Source: the human T2T-CHM13v2.0 reference genome, Homo sapiens. From it: a stretch of 64,000 nt of DNA. The position numbers and the translations under genes are program-made. Below the pieces are notes generated by a model, which saw only the letters and a program-made list of their open reading frames with translations, was not told the origin of the DNA and ran no database searches. The stretch is from NCBI RefSeq assembly GCF_009914755.1, contig NC_060931.1. One strand, written 5' to 3'. Positions 20,428 to 39,512 of this stretch are shown here, one piece after another; within the stretch, counting starts at the first letter, position 1, and each line of letters opens with the position of its first letter.

Positions 20428-20866
20428 TGTCTTAGTCAACTTGGGCTAACGTAACAATGCTGTGTGCCAGGTGGCCTAAACAACAGAAATTGATTTTCTC
20501 AGCTCTGGAGGGTTGGAATCTGAGCTCAGGGTCCCAGCAAGGTAGGTCTGTGGTGAGAGCTTTCTTCTTAACTTGAGATGGCAGCCCTCTTACTTTGTCT
20601 TCACATGGCACAAGGGGGTAGGGATAGGACAGGAGAGAGCAAGAGTGAGAGCGAGAATGTATGTATGAGCCTGGGCCTACACAAGAGAGAGTGATCTCTA
20701 GAATTTCTTCTTTGAAAGGGCACCAATCATATCATGAGGGCCCTAACCTCATGATCTCATTTAACCTTAATTAATTCACAAGGCCCCATCTCCAAATGTC
20801 ATCACATTAGAGATGAGGGCTTCATCATTCGAATTATGGGGAGACCCAAACATTCAGTCCATCATA
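20428..20866. mobile_element. MLT1A-type MaLR LTR
   Basis: tgtcttagtc...aaacaacagaaatt...cattcagtccat termini. Confidence 0.75.
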
Positions 20867-21372
20867 TATTGGTAAAGGGAGATGCCTGGATGATACGCAT
20901 GGGAGTAGCCACCTTCAGTAAGATGAAATGGACAGAACATCTCAAGTATATACATTGAAGGTCTTAAGTTTGAAGCTTGGAAAAATGTTGAGGTTGAATT
21001 ACAGATCAGTACATGGAAAGCAAAAACAATAATAATAATAACAAAAACTCAAAAACAATAAAAACAGGACACATTTTGAGCGGACACATTTTGCAAGATA
21101 CAGCTCACCTCTGGTCATAATCATAGTAAATACCAAAGACTTATTTAACTAAGTTTATGATATAATAATTACTGGGAAAATGAGATATAAAAGGGTACAC
21201 ATGTGTGGTGAGAGCAGGAGAGAGAACTACATACTCATCTTCCACTGTACAGAGGCATCAGAAAATGACCAAACTTGAAAAATCATGGAGCAACAATGCA
21301 ACTATGGGGTTAAGATGTGGAGATAAACATCAAAACAACCAACTAAAAAAGCTTGACTCTTTGGAAGATTGA

Positions 21373-21720
<348 letters not shown>

Positions 21721-22160
21721 TAGCTTCTCTCCGTTACATGGACAAAGCACCACTGATAGAGAGTGCCCAACAGAGGCAAGACCCAAAAAGACCCGTTCTC
21801 TAATGCATCCCTCACTCCCATGGCATTTCCTTTCTATTACTTTCTTTACTTCCTATTACTTTCCAGAAAGTCCTTTCTATTACAGGAGTAACACCGAAGA
21901 GTGTACTCCCAAGGCAGTGACAGTCCTGAGCAAAGAATGCTGGACTTGGAATCAGGAACCCTAGAGTCAAAGCTTTGCTCTACGTCTTCCCTGGGACCAC
22001 TTACTGACATACACACATCTGTTTCCTCATCTAGAAGACAGAGAACATGCCTTGGCTCTAAGAGGGCTGTGGTGAGAACAAGTTAAATAAAAGAAGTAAA
22101 CGCGCTTTGTAAGTTGCGGCATGTAAGTTGCATGGATTAGGGGAACTCTCCCACATTCAC

Positions 22161-22290
22161 ACTGCATAACTCTGACTTCTTTCCCCAGTGGCAACCAAAG
22201 TCCTTTAGTTGGTGCATGAGCCAGAAATTCTCTGGCGTATTCATTGCCTGGTATATCTGGTATGCTATCTTCTGGCTTAGCCTCATCTTC
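22161..22290 (-). pseudogene. RP9P: RP9-like exon 3 (130 nt): EDEAKPEDSIPDIPGNEYAREFLAHAPTKGLWLPLGKEVRVMQ(C)
   Basis: Acceptor ctttgtttag|, weak donor AGT|GTGAAT. Open frame homologous to RP9 residues 62-104. Confidence 0.92.
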
Positions 22291-22841
22291 CTAAACAAAG
22301 GGAACAAGGTGCAAATAGCATGGCAAGATAGCGCTGGGATTCTCTCCTGCTTCCCTAGGAGTCACCCTCACCTGGCTTTTTCCTGGTCTGTGGGTGCCAA
22401 GGTCATCTTAATTACCCCTCAAAACTAGAAAGAAAGACAGTTACACTTGATCGAAAAAAAAGGAAACAAATGTACCAGAAGAACTATACCAAAAACAATG
22501 TAGCTGTTCTTAGAGAAAAGTTACTGGTGAAGCAGAAAAATCTGTCCTTATATAGCAATGACTGGTGAGCTCCAAATTTTGATGTAAATTAGATTCTAAG
22601 GTTTTTTAAAAAAAGGTTTCACTACCTCAAAATGTAGAATGAAGCAAGATGTATGAATTAAAGTAAACCAGGCTTCCTGGAATAATAGAAATGGCATATT
22701 ATGCTACAATAGCTTATTATACCCTGAAGGCCCCTATCATGTTTTACAGTCGCATGCATGCTGTAATTTTTTCAAGTTTCCATGAATATTAAATTTCAAT
22801 AGAAAGATGGTTTTTAAGAATCTTTTTTTTTTTTTCTTTGA

Positions 22842-22943
<102 letters not shown>

Positions 22944-23676
22944 TGAGTAGCTGGGATTACAGATGTGCACCACCACGTCCAGCTAATTTTTTTGTATGTG
23001 TGTATTTTTAATAGAGACAGTGTTTTGCCATGTTGCCCAGGCTGATTTCGAACTCCTGACCTCAGGTGGTCCACCTGCCTCAGCCTCCCAAAGTGCTGGG
23101 ATTTTAGGCATGTGCCACTGCGCTTGGCGAAGAATCTTTCTCCATTGACAGTTACGAAACAGCAAGTTTTCTTGGCCGTGGCCTGCCACTCTAAGTCTCC
23201 CTCGTGCGCACACACCCTGGTGCCGTAGCCAGGAGCTGCAGGAAGGATGCCTCCACCGGGGAGCTGGACTGGATGAGCTGTCGGGTCTCCTCGGAGTTGA
23301 CTGCTCTCTGAGCTGCTGATACTCAAGAAACCAACACAGGATGGACTGAGGGACTGAGCCAAGTAAGGCTGACAAGAAAAGGAGGCAGCTGAGCTTAAAG
23401 ATGCCGTTCCCCAGTCAGAGAGAAGGGGGCCACGGCCAAGGAACCCATGTGGGCCTGCACTGGTTCCTCAGGGAAGGGAAACATGGCTGATGAAATTTCC
23501 ACAAAGGCAGAGGCTTGTGACAACACTAAAAATTATGACCCCTCAGTCATCTGCAGGAAAGAAACAGGCTTTTCATAAAAGGGCATTTAAATGTCATGCA
23601 ACCATTTTTCATAATGCATTACTGAGTCTGTAAGTATGTCTAGTGGGATAACCAAGAGTACAAACTTCACACTAAC

Positions 23677-23707
23677 CTTGATAAGCCCAGGAGGAGGTTT
23701 TTCATAA
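23677..23707 (-). pseudogene. RP9P: RP9-like exon 2 (31 nt): (F)YEKPPPGLIK
   Basis: Acceptor ttttgttttccag|, donor AAG|GTTAGT. Peptide matches RP9. Confidence 0.92.
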
Positions 23708-24276
23708 CTGGAAAACAAAAAACAAAACCATCAACCATTTTAATGGGAACGTAACATACTTTTATGAACAAAAGACAGCAGCCAGGTCAGAATAAAAAGG
23801 AGATTCTTAGAGAAAATTCAAAACTACATTTTAGTATATTATATCTAAAACAGTTAATAAAATATGCTCAGCATTCCAGATCACATATAAACTGATGAGA
23901 TAACACATCCTGCAGAGATCCAGAAATTATGTTCATTGAAATAACTAATGTCTCTCAGCACAATGATCTTATTTGGAGGAGAAAGGAAAGCAAGAGGTTG
24001 CAGGGAGAGCATGAGGTGAGAAGACAGTGGGTCCTCTGGTTCCAAAACATCACTGTGTTTTTCTCAGGTTACTGACCTAGCATAACATCCATGTACTCAA
24101 CACTGAACAGGCTCCTGGGGGAAAAGAGTGCAATCTGTTCCAACACAGTGTGGGGGCACAGCGGAGGATGCACAGAGCTGCGTGGACAGGCCCGTCCCAG
24201 AGGCACCCTCACCCATGGGCCTGCAACGCCAGCTCCAATTCCACCCGCCCGCCCGCCTGCCTGCCAGGTTTACAGA

Positions 24277-24829
24277 TGTTGAGGCCAGGACACAGCACCC
24301 CAAAAATGACTGCACAGCACCAGAATATGCCACCCTAAAATATGCTTCATTGGCATATTAATTATTTCAAGCTGATTACTTTGAGAAACTGCAGACAAGG
24401 AGTAGCCCTGAAGAGCTGCCATTTTGTAAGAGAAATTTACATCGATTATATAAAGCAAATTTACATTAGTAATAAAGGAGTTTGTATCAGGAAAGGAGCT
24501 GCTCCCAGACAAATTTTATTACATGAAAGACTTTTATCTACATAAAAAGGCAAACTTTATTCACCATATGTTTCCTCCCCCATCCTCCCATAATTTATTT
24601 CTACCCCTCCCCCAAGAAGCCCCAATCCCCTGTTCCTTTCTGCAGCTGAGGATGCTATATAAGGTTCCTCTGGTGCTTCTTTGAGTCTCATACTTTTGTG
24701 GGACTCCCATACATAGAGATATAATTAAGATTTTTTTTCCTCCTGTTAATCCATCTTATGTTCATTTAATTCATAGCCTACCCAAAGAATTTAGAAGGGT
24801 GTAGGGAAGCCATTTTTCCTTCCCCCGCA
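24277..24829 (+). mobile_element. MER34-like ERV1 solo LTR (copy 1)
   Basis: ccagaatatgccaccctaaaatatg...ttgagaaactgcagaca...ctgttaatc...ttccttccccc. Confidence 0.65.
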
Positions 24830-26445
24830 CAGACAGGTATTACCTGGGAAGAGCAGAACGCTTCTCCTCCCTGTGCTAGGTGGCACCTGCCACCAAAGAT
24901 GGGCCAGGACTTCCTTATTTCCATCCAGGGACTGAACCCGAGGGAGACCCAGAATGCTGAGCACGCAAAGTCTGTATCTGGGACAGGCGGCGAGATGCGA
25001 AGGAAATTCTGCAGGTGAGGTGTTCGTGCACTCAAAGAGCAACTCGGGCTCTTAGAGGGATTCACACCTCCCCCAAAAAAGTAAGACAAATATTTGTAGC
25101 TCAGATCTGTGCCTTAACCCTCTAAACCTACAAGGAAGTACTCATTTTAATACTTCAGAATGGCTGCAAAGTATAGGAATGCTTAATGATTTAATGTTCT
25201 CTTCATCCTGAACCATTCCTTATGAACTGATTTTAGAGACCCTTTTGGAACACAGTAAATACTGGAGGAGGGAGGGATTAAGGGGAACAGACTAAGGAGA
25301 AAGTGAAATGCTTTCCCTTCCATTCGCCTCCAAGGTGTCAGAGAAAAGGACTTTGCCAGAGTACAGATGAGAAATGGCACAGGTCGCTACAGCAAGAAAG
25401 ATTTCCCTTTGGCTTCATCTGTGGACACTGTCAAAGGACTCCTCTCACCCTCACTATCACTGATCCATGGAATAGGAGAACCTACTCCACAAAGATTACA
25501 TAGTAAACAACTGGGTAGTAGCGGAGTTAGCTTTTTAGGTATGATACAGTGCTTTTCCAAAGTAAATACTTAAAATATCTTCTAATGGAAAGCTGTGGTG
25601 TGTCATAAGCAAGAATAATGGTAAGATGATACAGACCTCCTGCAGCCATCCTTTAGAGGTGTTAATACTATGCCTTGGCCGCTCACGCCTGTCATCCCAA
25701 CACTTTGAGAAGCTGAGGCAAGAGGATCACTTGAGGCTAGGAGTTTGCCATCAGCCTCGGCAACATAGCAAGACCTCATCTCTACAAAATAAAAAATTAA
25801 AAAAGGCTGGGTGCGGTGGTTTATGTCTGTAATCCCAGCACTTTGGGAGGCCGAGACGGGCGGATCACGAGGTCAGGAGATCGAGACCATCCTGGCTAAC
25901 ACGGTGAAAACACGTCTCTACTAAAAATCCAAAAAAATTAGCCGGACACAGTGGCAGACGCCTGTAGTTCCAGCTACTCAGGAGGCTGAAGCAGGAGAAT
26001 GGTGTGAACCCGGGAGGCAGAGCTTGCAGTGAGCCAAGATTGCACCACTGCACTCCAGCCTGGGCAACAGAGCGAGACTCTGTCTCAAAAAATAACAAAT
26101 AAACAATTAAATAAAAATTAAAAAATATTATGCCTTATGCACAGAGGCCTAAGAGAGTTTGGAAGGGAGGTGGTAAAGTCTATGAAAATATCCAATAATC
26201 CAACAAATAATTATTTTTGCCACAGGAGCTGAACAAACAACATATGGCCAAACTAAGTTCCAAATTCCTGAAAAATATGTAACTATATTGCCTAGATGGA
26301 AAAGGAATGTGATAGAACTGCACATTCTGAATTCTATTATTATTTGCAATGGCATTTCCTAAATAGTCCATTTTACAAGAGTTCCCACCAGTTTAAGGGG
26401 GGGGGGGCGCTGATGCTTTTTTCCCTGGGGCTAAACAATTCATTA

Positions 26446-28437
<1,992 letters not shown>

Positions 28438-28595
28438 AAATAGATAATGTCCATTACGGAATCAAAAAAGGCAATATAAGGCTGGGCATGGGGGCTCATG
28501 CCTATAATCCTAGCACTTGGGAGGCCAGGGTGGGAGGAATCCTTAAGTCCAAAACCAGCCTGGGCAACACAGCTAGACCCTCTTTCTAAAAAACG

Positions 28596-28641
28596 AGGAA
28601 GGAAGGGAGGAAGGGAGGGAGGAAGGGAGGGAGGGAGGGAG
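28596..28641 (+). repeat. (GGAA/GGGA)n purine microsatellite at the tail of an Alu monomer
   Basis: Seen directly. Confidence 0.85.
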
Positions 28642-28692
28642 ACAGTGAGGGAAAGAAAGGCAAGAAACATGATTTTAAAATAAACAGTTACA

Positions 28693-29118
<426 letters not shown>

Positions 29119-29332
29119 TTAAATTAGCCTTTTCTTATGAGTTCACTTGAGTCAAGAAAAAAAAAGCCTTTGGTACTATTTGATTAAACAGTTTAAATTA
29201 CATGAAGTATTACTCTGGAATGAATAACATTTGATTTAAAAGCAAACAAGTCTCTGAACTAGCCAAAGGAAACATATTGACAGTCCAGTCAGTTGCAAAT
29301 CTCTGAAACTAGAAAACCCCAGTGCTCTGAGA

Positions 29333-30327
<995 letters not shown>

Positions 30328-32156
30328 AAGTAAACATCTGGTTTTGCTAGTTTATAGGTCTATATTACTTAGCTGGTGAGGTTCCATTTTATCATTTGCA
30401 AAAGCAGGTTATAATCTCTCTGCTGTCTAGGAGCTACAAAATAAACACATGGTATTAACCACTGTGTGGCATCCTACAGCTAAATATACTGAGTGTTGGG
30501 CAGGGCCAGGCCCTGCCTGCAGTTATGCTAGAGAAAGATCTTTAAACATCTGTCTTCCATGGGAGAACAAGAGCACCACCCGGTTACTTGAAAAGGCCGA
30601 AATGCCCAGTAATGTGGATGCCCACAATGCAGGGTCTCCAACCTGCAACCACTGCCCTGTTAAGGTGAAAAGTCATTCAGCTCTTGGGCCACCAAAAAGT
30701 AGGCCAGACTCCACCAAAAAACTGCATTTTGTATGCAATCTCCCAGAAGTCTGATTATGAAGGATTTTAACTCCTTGAGGACCTTTCCTTACATGACCCA
30801 CATAGCATAGGTAACAAAAAGTGCCTGTGACAGAAACAAACTGTTGACTGAGTGAACATCACACTATGTCAACCCCCCAAAAAGAAAAACGAAGGCAAAA
30901 TTAATGTCAGTAGAGTTCATTTGAGCCAAATTTGAGGACTGCAAGCTGGGAGTATCTATTTAAGTTGCCCGGAATATACACTCCTGGGTTGCAGTCCTCA
31001 AACTTGGCCCAAAATAAACTCTATACTTATATTAATTTAGCTTCAGTTTTTTCCTTTGGGTCAACATATCTGGCATAGTTGGCAGAATAGGTCCCTCCCT
31101 CCACCACTGCCCAGTGTTTCTCTCTGAAAGCGGCACTTGGTACCAACATGAACTCCTATCTCTGACTTTCCTAAGGTCAGGGGATCAGGATTTTTATCTG
31201 CCAACACATGGGTCTTAAGTCGCCAATTTACTTTGGTTTGGGGCCAAGGTCTTGTTGCATTGTGACCTTTCATTATGGAAACTGTGCTTGTTTCACCCTG
31301 GACCAACCTCTCTTGGAGTCCCTTTTCCTAATTTATGAGAATGAATACTTCCCTCCGAAGATTAAAGGCACTCACTCCCTCTGGCCCATTAGGGAACTCT
31401 AAATAATCAGAGACTTGGCGAGGTGCCAGGACTTTGTCCATAACATTCAGTGGCCTTACAGGGTTTCCTCTGTGAGAACATCTGTACCCTCTCACCCTGC
31501 CAGTGAGTGTGCATAAAGGCTGGTCATCTTGCATTTGTGAGTCCTCTGTGACCTTCAGGGGATTCAGCGTTTCTGAGACACATAAGAGAGGAGACCTGAC
31601 TTACTGGTGACACACCGAAGTGATACACTCACAAGCGGCACATTTAGGCCCAAAACACTGCTCAGAGTCATGAATGATTCAGGTCTCTAAATTATGGGTA
31701 ACAAATCATCCGGGTCTGAGGACTCCCCAAGGAGGCACCCTCCCTCGGAGACACCAGCTGGTTTTATGTGCAATACCTGCTGAGTTTCATCTTATAAGTA
31801 TTTGCACACATTGGCCCACATGACTCGAGAGGACCCCAAATTATGATGGCCAATATAGGGGTCCTTTGAAAGGCCTAAAGTAATTCAATTTTCTGCACAA
31901 TTGGGAAAAGCTGGGTTTAGAACCAGACAAATTAAATGGGAAATCTCCTTTCTGTTTGCCCTGGCTGAAATCTGCTCATGAGAGATATAAAAAAATTTTT
32001 TTAAAGAGCTGTGTGGTCGGCCGGGCGCAGTGGCTCACGCCTGTAATCCCAGCACTTTCGGAGGCTGAGTTGGGTGGATCATGAGGTCAGAAGTTCGAGA
32101 CTAGCCTGACCAACATGGTGAAACCCCATCTCTACCAAAGATACAAAAATTAGTCA

Positions 32157-32348
<192 letters not shown>

Positions 32349-33346
32349 TTAATTAAAGGCTGACATTCAGGCTATAATTTTTTTTTTTTTTTTTTTTTGA
32401 GAACTAAAAAAGGCCCTTCTGCTTTTTCTCTTTTCGATCTTATTCCTGATAATATTTTTCAGTCGACTGAAACCCCTTTTAAAAAAATGTTGGAGGCCAC
32501 TGTTTGCTTCCTACCTTGTTGGCATTATTTTGGTTGAGAAAAATGTAAAACTTCATTGGCCTTTTAGAAAGCTTAAAATCTCCCAAACTGGCCCCTCTAA
32601 TACTTAACTCTTCCATTTCCTTCCACTTCTGCTCCTTCTCCCTTTTGCCATCTTGAACACATAGGAGACTTCTGGCACTCCTGAGACCCCTTGAGTACAC
32701 GGAAAAAGGGGCCATGCCCACCCTTTTTTGGGGTCTTCAGTCTTTCTCATGGAATCTAAGAGTCATGAGTAGGCTTCTCTCAGGTCTGTGGCTCTGCTCT
32801 ATTTTGCACGGAGTTTCTGGATCTCTGGCTTTTGGAGTATGAGGTATTACTTTGTATTGTGGTGGAGAACTTGACATTTTCATGTGTGATGGCTGGCAAG
32901 TCACTGGCAAAAGCTGCAGTTTTGGAAGTGGCTGACAGCTGTTGCAGTGAATGGTCACTACTGAAGGAGGCAACTTGTTTCTTTGCCTGTTTAGATTTAA
33001 AAGGTGTGCTTTGAACACTTGAAGACTCCTGTGGGAGAGAGGCTGACTGCAGAGTGGACTGATGGAGTCAGGTCGCCCACCAGCCTCTGTGAAATGTCCT
33101 TGTATTGAGGAAAACTGTGGAAAGAATTCACACTGGTTCAGTCGTATTTCCCTCTTCTTGGGGACCTGGGATTCAATGTAAAAGTAGAATCCTTAAATTT
33201 TAAAGATCTGAATGTTCTGCCTTTCAGCTGTGCCTGCTTTTCACATATTTAAATATTAGGCCCTGAAAACTGCAACTTCTTTCACTGTCCTATTCATTAA
33301 GAGGCTCCATCCTGAAGTCAGAAATCTCATTAAGAAACAATCGATC

Positions 33347-33990
<644 letters not shown>

Positions 33991-34375
33991 TCTATCAAAC
34001 TAAATCAGTTGACAAAATGCAACTTCCTGACATTTAGCTGGCTACTTTGAAACTCTGTTTAAAAAAAAAAAAAATAGTCTTGCTCTGTCGCCCAGGCTGG
34101 AGTGCAGTGGCAGGATCTCGACTCAACACAACCTCCGCCTCCAGGTTCAAGCGATTCTCGTGCCTCAGCCTATTCAGTAGCTGGGATTACAGGCGTGCGC
34201 CACCAAGCCTGTCTAATTTTTATATTTTTAGTAGAGACAGGGTTTTGTCATGTTGGCCAGGCTGGTCTCCAGCTCCCGATCTCAAGTGATCTGCCCACCT
34301 CAGCCTCCCAAAGTGCTGGGATTAAGGGCGTGAGCCAAAGGCGCCCAGCCTGAAACTCTTTATAAAAGAAATCTA

Positions 34376-34762
<387 letters not shown>

Positions 34763-35044
34763 CTAGAAAATTTCAGGATGGGGAAGACATTGGTTTAAAG
34801 TTTACATAACAAACGGTACGGTACCTCTGTTTAAAATACTTTTCCTGGTAATTTTAACCAGTTTGTAACCTATGCCTTTCTTTGTCTCAGCAAATAATTC
34901 TGTTTAGGTACAAGTTCTGTGTCTTTTAGATGTAAATTTTTTACTTTGTTTCATCTAATAGTCTTTTGAAAGTGCAAGCTTAGGGTTGCCTAGCTACTAA
35001 TTACTTAGGGTAGTGGAAAAGATAATCAAGAGACTGATCCTCTA

Positions 35045-35123
35045 AAGTGGACGATCACTAAGTGGAGGATCACTAAGTAGACGATCTAACTGGATGATCA
35101 CTTCAGACGATCATCTGAAGTGG
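35045..35123. repeat. Short imperfect tandem repeat, about 15-bp unit (aagtggacgatcact) x4-5, ending in a 9-bp hairpin
   Basis: Seen directly. Confidence 0.75.
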
Positions 35124-35266
35124 GCATAGACTATTAGAAAACTGGCTAATGAAGAATCTTATAAAAGATCTGCTTCTGTTTGTCTGTATGCCTATGTTTA
35201 TATGTGTTACAGGCATGTGACATTTCATTACCAAAATACATGAAAAAGCTCAAATTAATTGGCATC

Positions 35267-35705
35267 AAAATATGCCACCCTGACATACTGATGACTCTGA
35301 GCTAAAAGAAACAGAACCAGCCAACACAGGAAAACTTCACCTCGCCGGCAACTGCTCCCCTTTTGTAAAGAGAAATTTACATCTTTAAAGGAAATTTCCA
35401 TGAGTAAACGTATCTGTATCAGAAAGAGAGCTGCCTGGAGACAGCTTTTATCACCTGGGAGCCTAACAAAGCAACCTTTATTCATCATACATTTTGACCC
35501 TTCCATAATTTGTCTCCACCACGCCCCAAAAGGCCCATGCTCCTATTCCCTGGCCCTTCTTTCAGTCTCCCACTTTTGTGGCCCTCCAGTGCATGGGTAT
35601 GTAAAAATAGTTTTTCTCTTGTTAATCTGTCTTATGACAATTTAATCTGTGGCCCAGCTAAAGAACCTAGAAGCGTAGGGGGAAGCCATATCTCCCTCCC
35701 CCACC
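35267..35705 (+). mobile_element. MER34/MER39-like ERV1 LTR (copy 3) next to the CpG island
   Basis: aaaatatgccaccc...agaaatttacatc...ttgttaatctgtcttatg...ctccctccccca, similar to the copy at 24.3 kb. Confidence 0.6.
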
Positions 35706-35739
35706 TTTGAATCTTCTTTACACCACACTCTCCCGGGTC

Positions 35740-36960
35740 ATCTGGACCCTCCTTGAACTGGAGCCACGGGAGCGCAAGGCCTCCCAAGTCAGGGCCCGAA
35801 TTCCGCGTGGTGCCAAACGGCAGCTGGCTCCCTGAATGCCCACCCTGAACCCTGGTAAAAAAAAAAACAAAAAAACAAAATTCCCTCCAACCCGGAGAAA
35901 ACAAGTCCGCCTCTGTTCTACCTAGCAGCGCCGTGGCCAGTCCCCGCCGCCCATTCTCTCTTCTTCCGGGCCTCGCCACACCAACACTGCAGGACCCGTG
36001 TCCTCGTCCCTTCTCCATAGCAGAGGATGAAAAGAACGGGGTTTCTCCATGTCGCAGTGGCCCAGGGAACTCAGAGGTGGAGCGCGGGGGCAGCGTGCTC
36101 GGTTGAACTTGCCTGTTTGGTCCACAAATGCCGAGCAAGCGCCAATAACTCTTGGCTTCCCCAAAAGAGGCGACGCCCACACCAAAGCGGGGGCGAGGAG
36201 CGCAAGCCGCTGCCGCCTCCCCGGGCCGAGGCCCCCGCCCACCCGCGCCGCGGCCTCCAGGGCCCCTCCGTGGCCGGGCGGGCCTCGCTCCCCACCCAGT
36301 GAGGACTAGAAGTCCCGTCGCAGGCACTAGGTTCCTCACAGGCCCGCACCCCTGCCTGGGTCCTGGGGGCTTGGAGGACCCAGCCCAGCGCCCAACACGG
36401 CGCCGGGCGCCCCTGTTCCCAGAAAACGGGCGGCGCGCGGACTGCGGCCCAGACGGCTGCTCGAGACTCACAAGGACTCCAGGCGCTTGAGCTGCTGCAG
36501 CTGCTGGGCGTCGTGCCGCCGCCGCTTCTGCTCCCGGGCCCGCTGCAGTTCCTGATCCAGCGGCTCCCGCGGCCACCACGCGCCCCCAGCCCTCGCATCC
36601 TCGCGCCCCGGCCAGGACGACATCGCGGCACCTGCGGCGCGGCTCTGGCTGCGGCCAAGAGGGCACTTCCTCCGTGCGGCGCCCCTTCCCGCCGCCGCCC
36701 CGCGACTCGCCCGGGAGGGGCCCCGAAGTCCCGGCCTCGGCCGCCAGATGCCCGCCTGCCCGCGGCCGGCCCCAAGTCAGTGCGCAGAGCCCCAGAGCCC
36801 AGCCGCCGGTGGGCGGGGAGCGCCCGCTGGCGGCGGCTGGAGCCGAGGCGGGGCGGGGCCCTGGTTGGGAGCCTGGGGAAGCTTCCAGGAGCTTCAGGGT
36901 TCCCGCCAGGCCACACTCATCTCCCTGCCCCTTTGAGGTTCCCGACCGAGGCAAGGGGTC
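35740..36960. promoter_or_regulatory. CpG island / promoter of the RP9-like locus
   Basis: Very high GC and CpG density. GC boxes (GGGCGGGG) near 36811 and 36851, ETS-like CACTTCC near 36664. Spans exon 1. Confidence 0.85.
36472..36623 (-). pseudogene. RP9P: RP9-like exon 1 coding part (152 nt): MSSWPGREDARAGGAWWPREPLDQELQRAREQKRRRHDAQQLQQLKRLES(F)
   Basis: Manual translation. ATG in context gccgcgATGt, no upstream ATG within about 120 nt. Donor CTT|GTGAGT. Confidence 0.92.
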
Positions 36961-37254
36961 TTGTGCAAGTCAGGTTTGTAGATCCCTAGTGACCAGACCC
37001 ACGGGAGCTGCTCATTACATAGCAATAGGATTCAGCCATTTTTGGAAGAAAGCAATACTCTGCATATAAATTCTCCAATTTTCAGATCATATGATCCATG
37101 CTTAAAACATAGTCAATGTATATTGTATTTAGCAAGGTATAGGTTCTGGAGATGAAAATAAAAGCTACCATACACAGCACTTGTTATGTACCAATCAGCT
37201 AAACCCTTAATAAGAATGTCTTTAATCTTAAACTTGTGTTATTACCACCCTTAT

Positions 37255-39410
<2,156 letters not shown>

Positions 39411-39512
39411 CTTAATTTTTGTTGTTGTTGTTGTTGTTAGAAATGAAGTCTCACTATGTTGCCCAGGCCGATCCTCAGCAATCCTCCTGCCTCCTGAGTA
39501 ACTGGAATTACA

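Noticed and set aside
31071-31088. tRNA-Ser gene
   Set aside because: It is only an 18-nt complement of the tRNA 3' end directly after an LTR, so it is a retroviral primer-binding site.
35045-35123. CRISPR-like array
   Set aside because: The units are adjacent with no unique spacers, there are no cas genes, and the context is mammalian.
35632-37069. Long ORFs (440, 281, 158, 131 aa) over the first CpG island
   Set aside because: They are stop-poor GC-rich frames with Ala/Gly/Pro/Arg bias and no domain. The real RP9-like frame is a different one (51 codons to the donor), below the track threshold.
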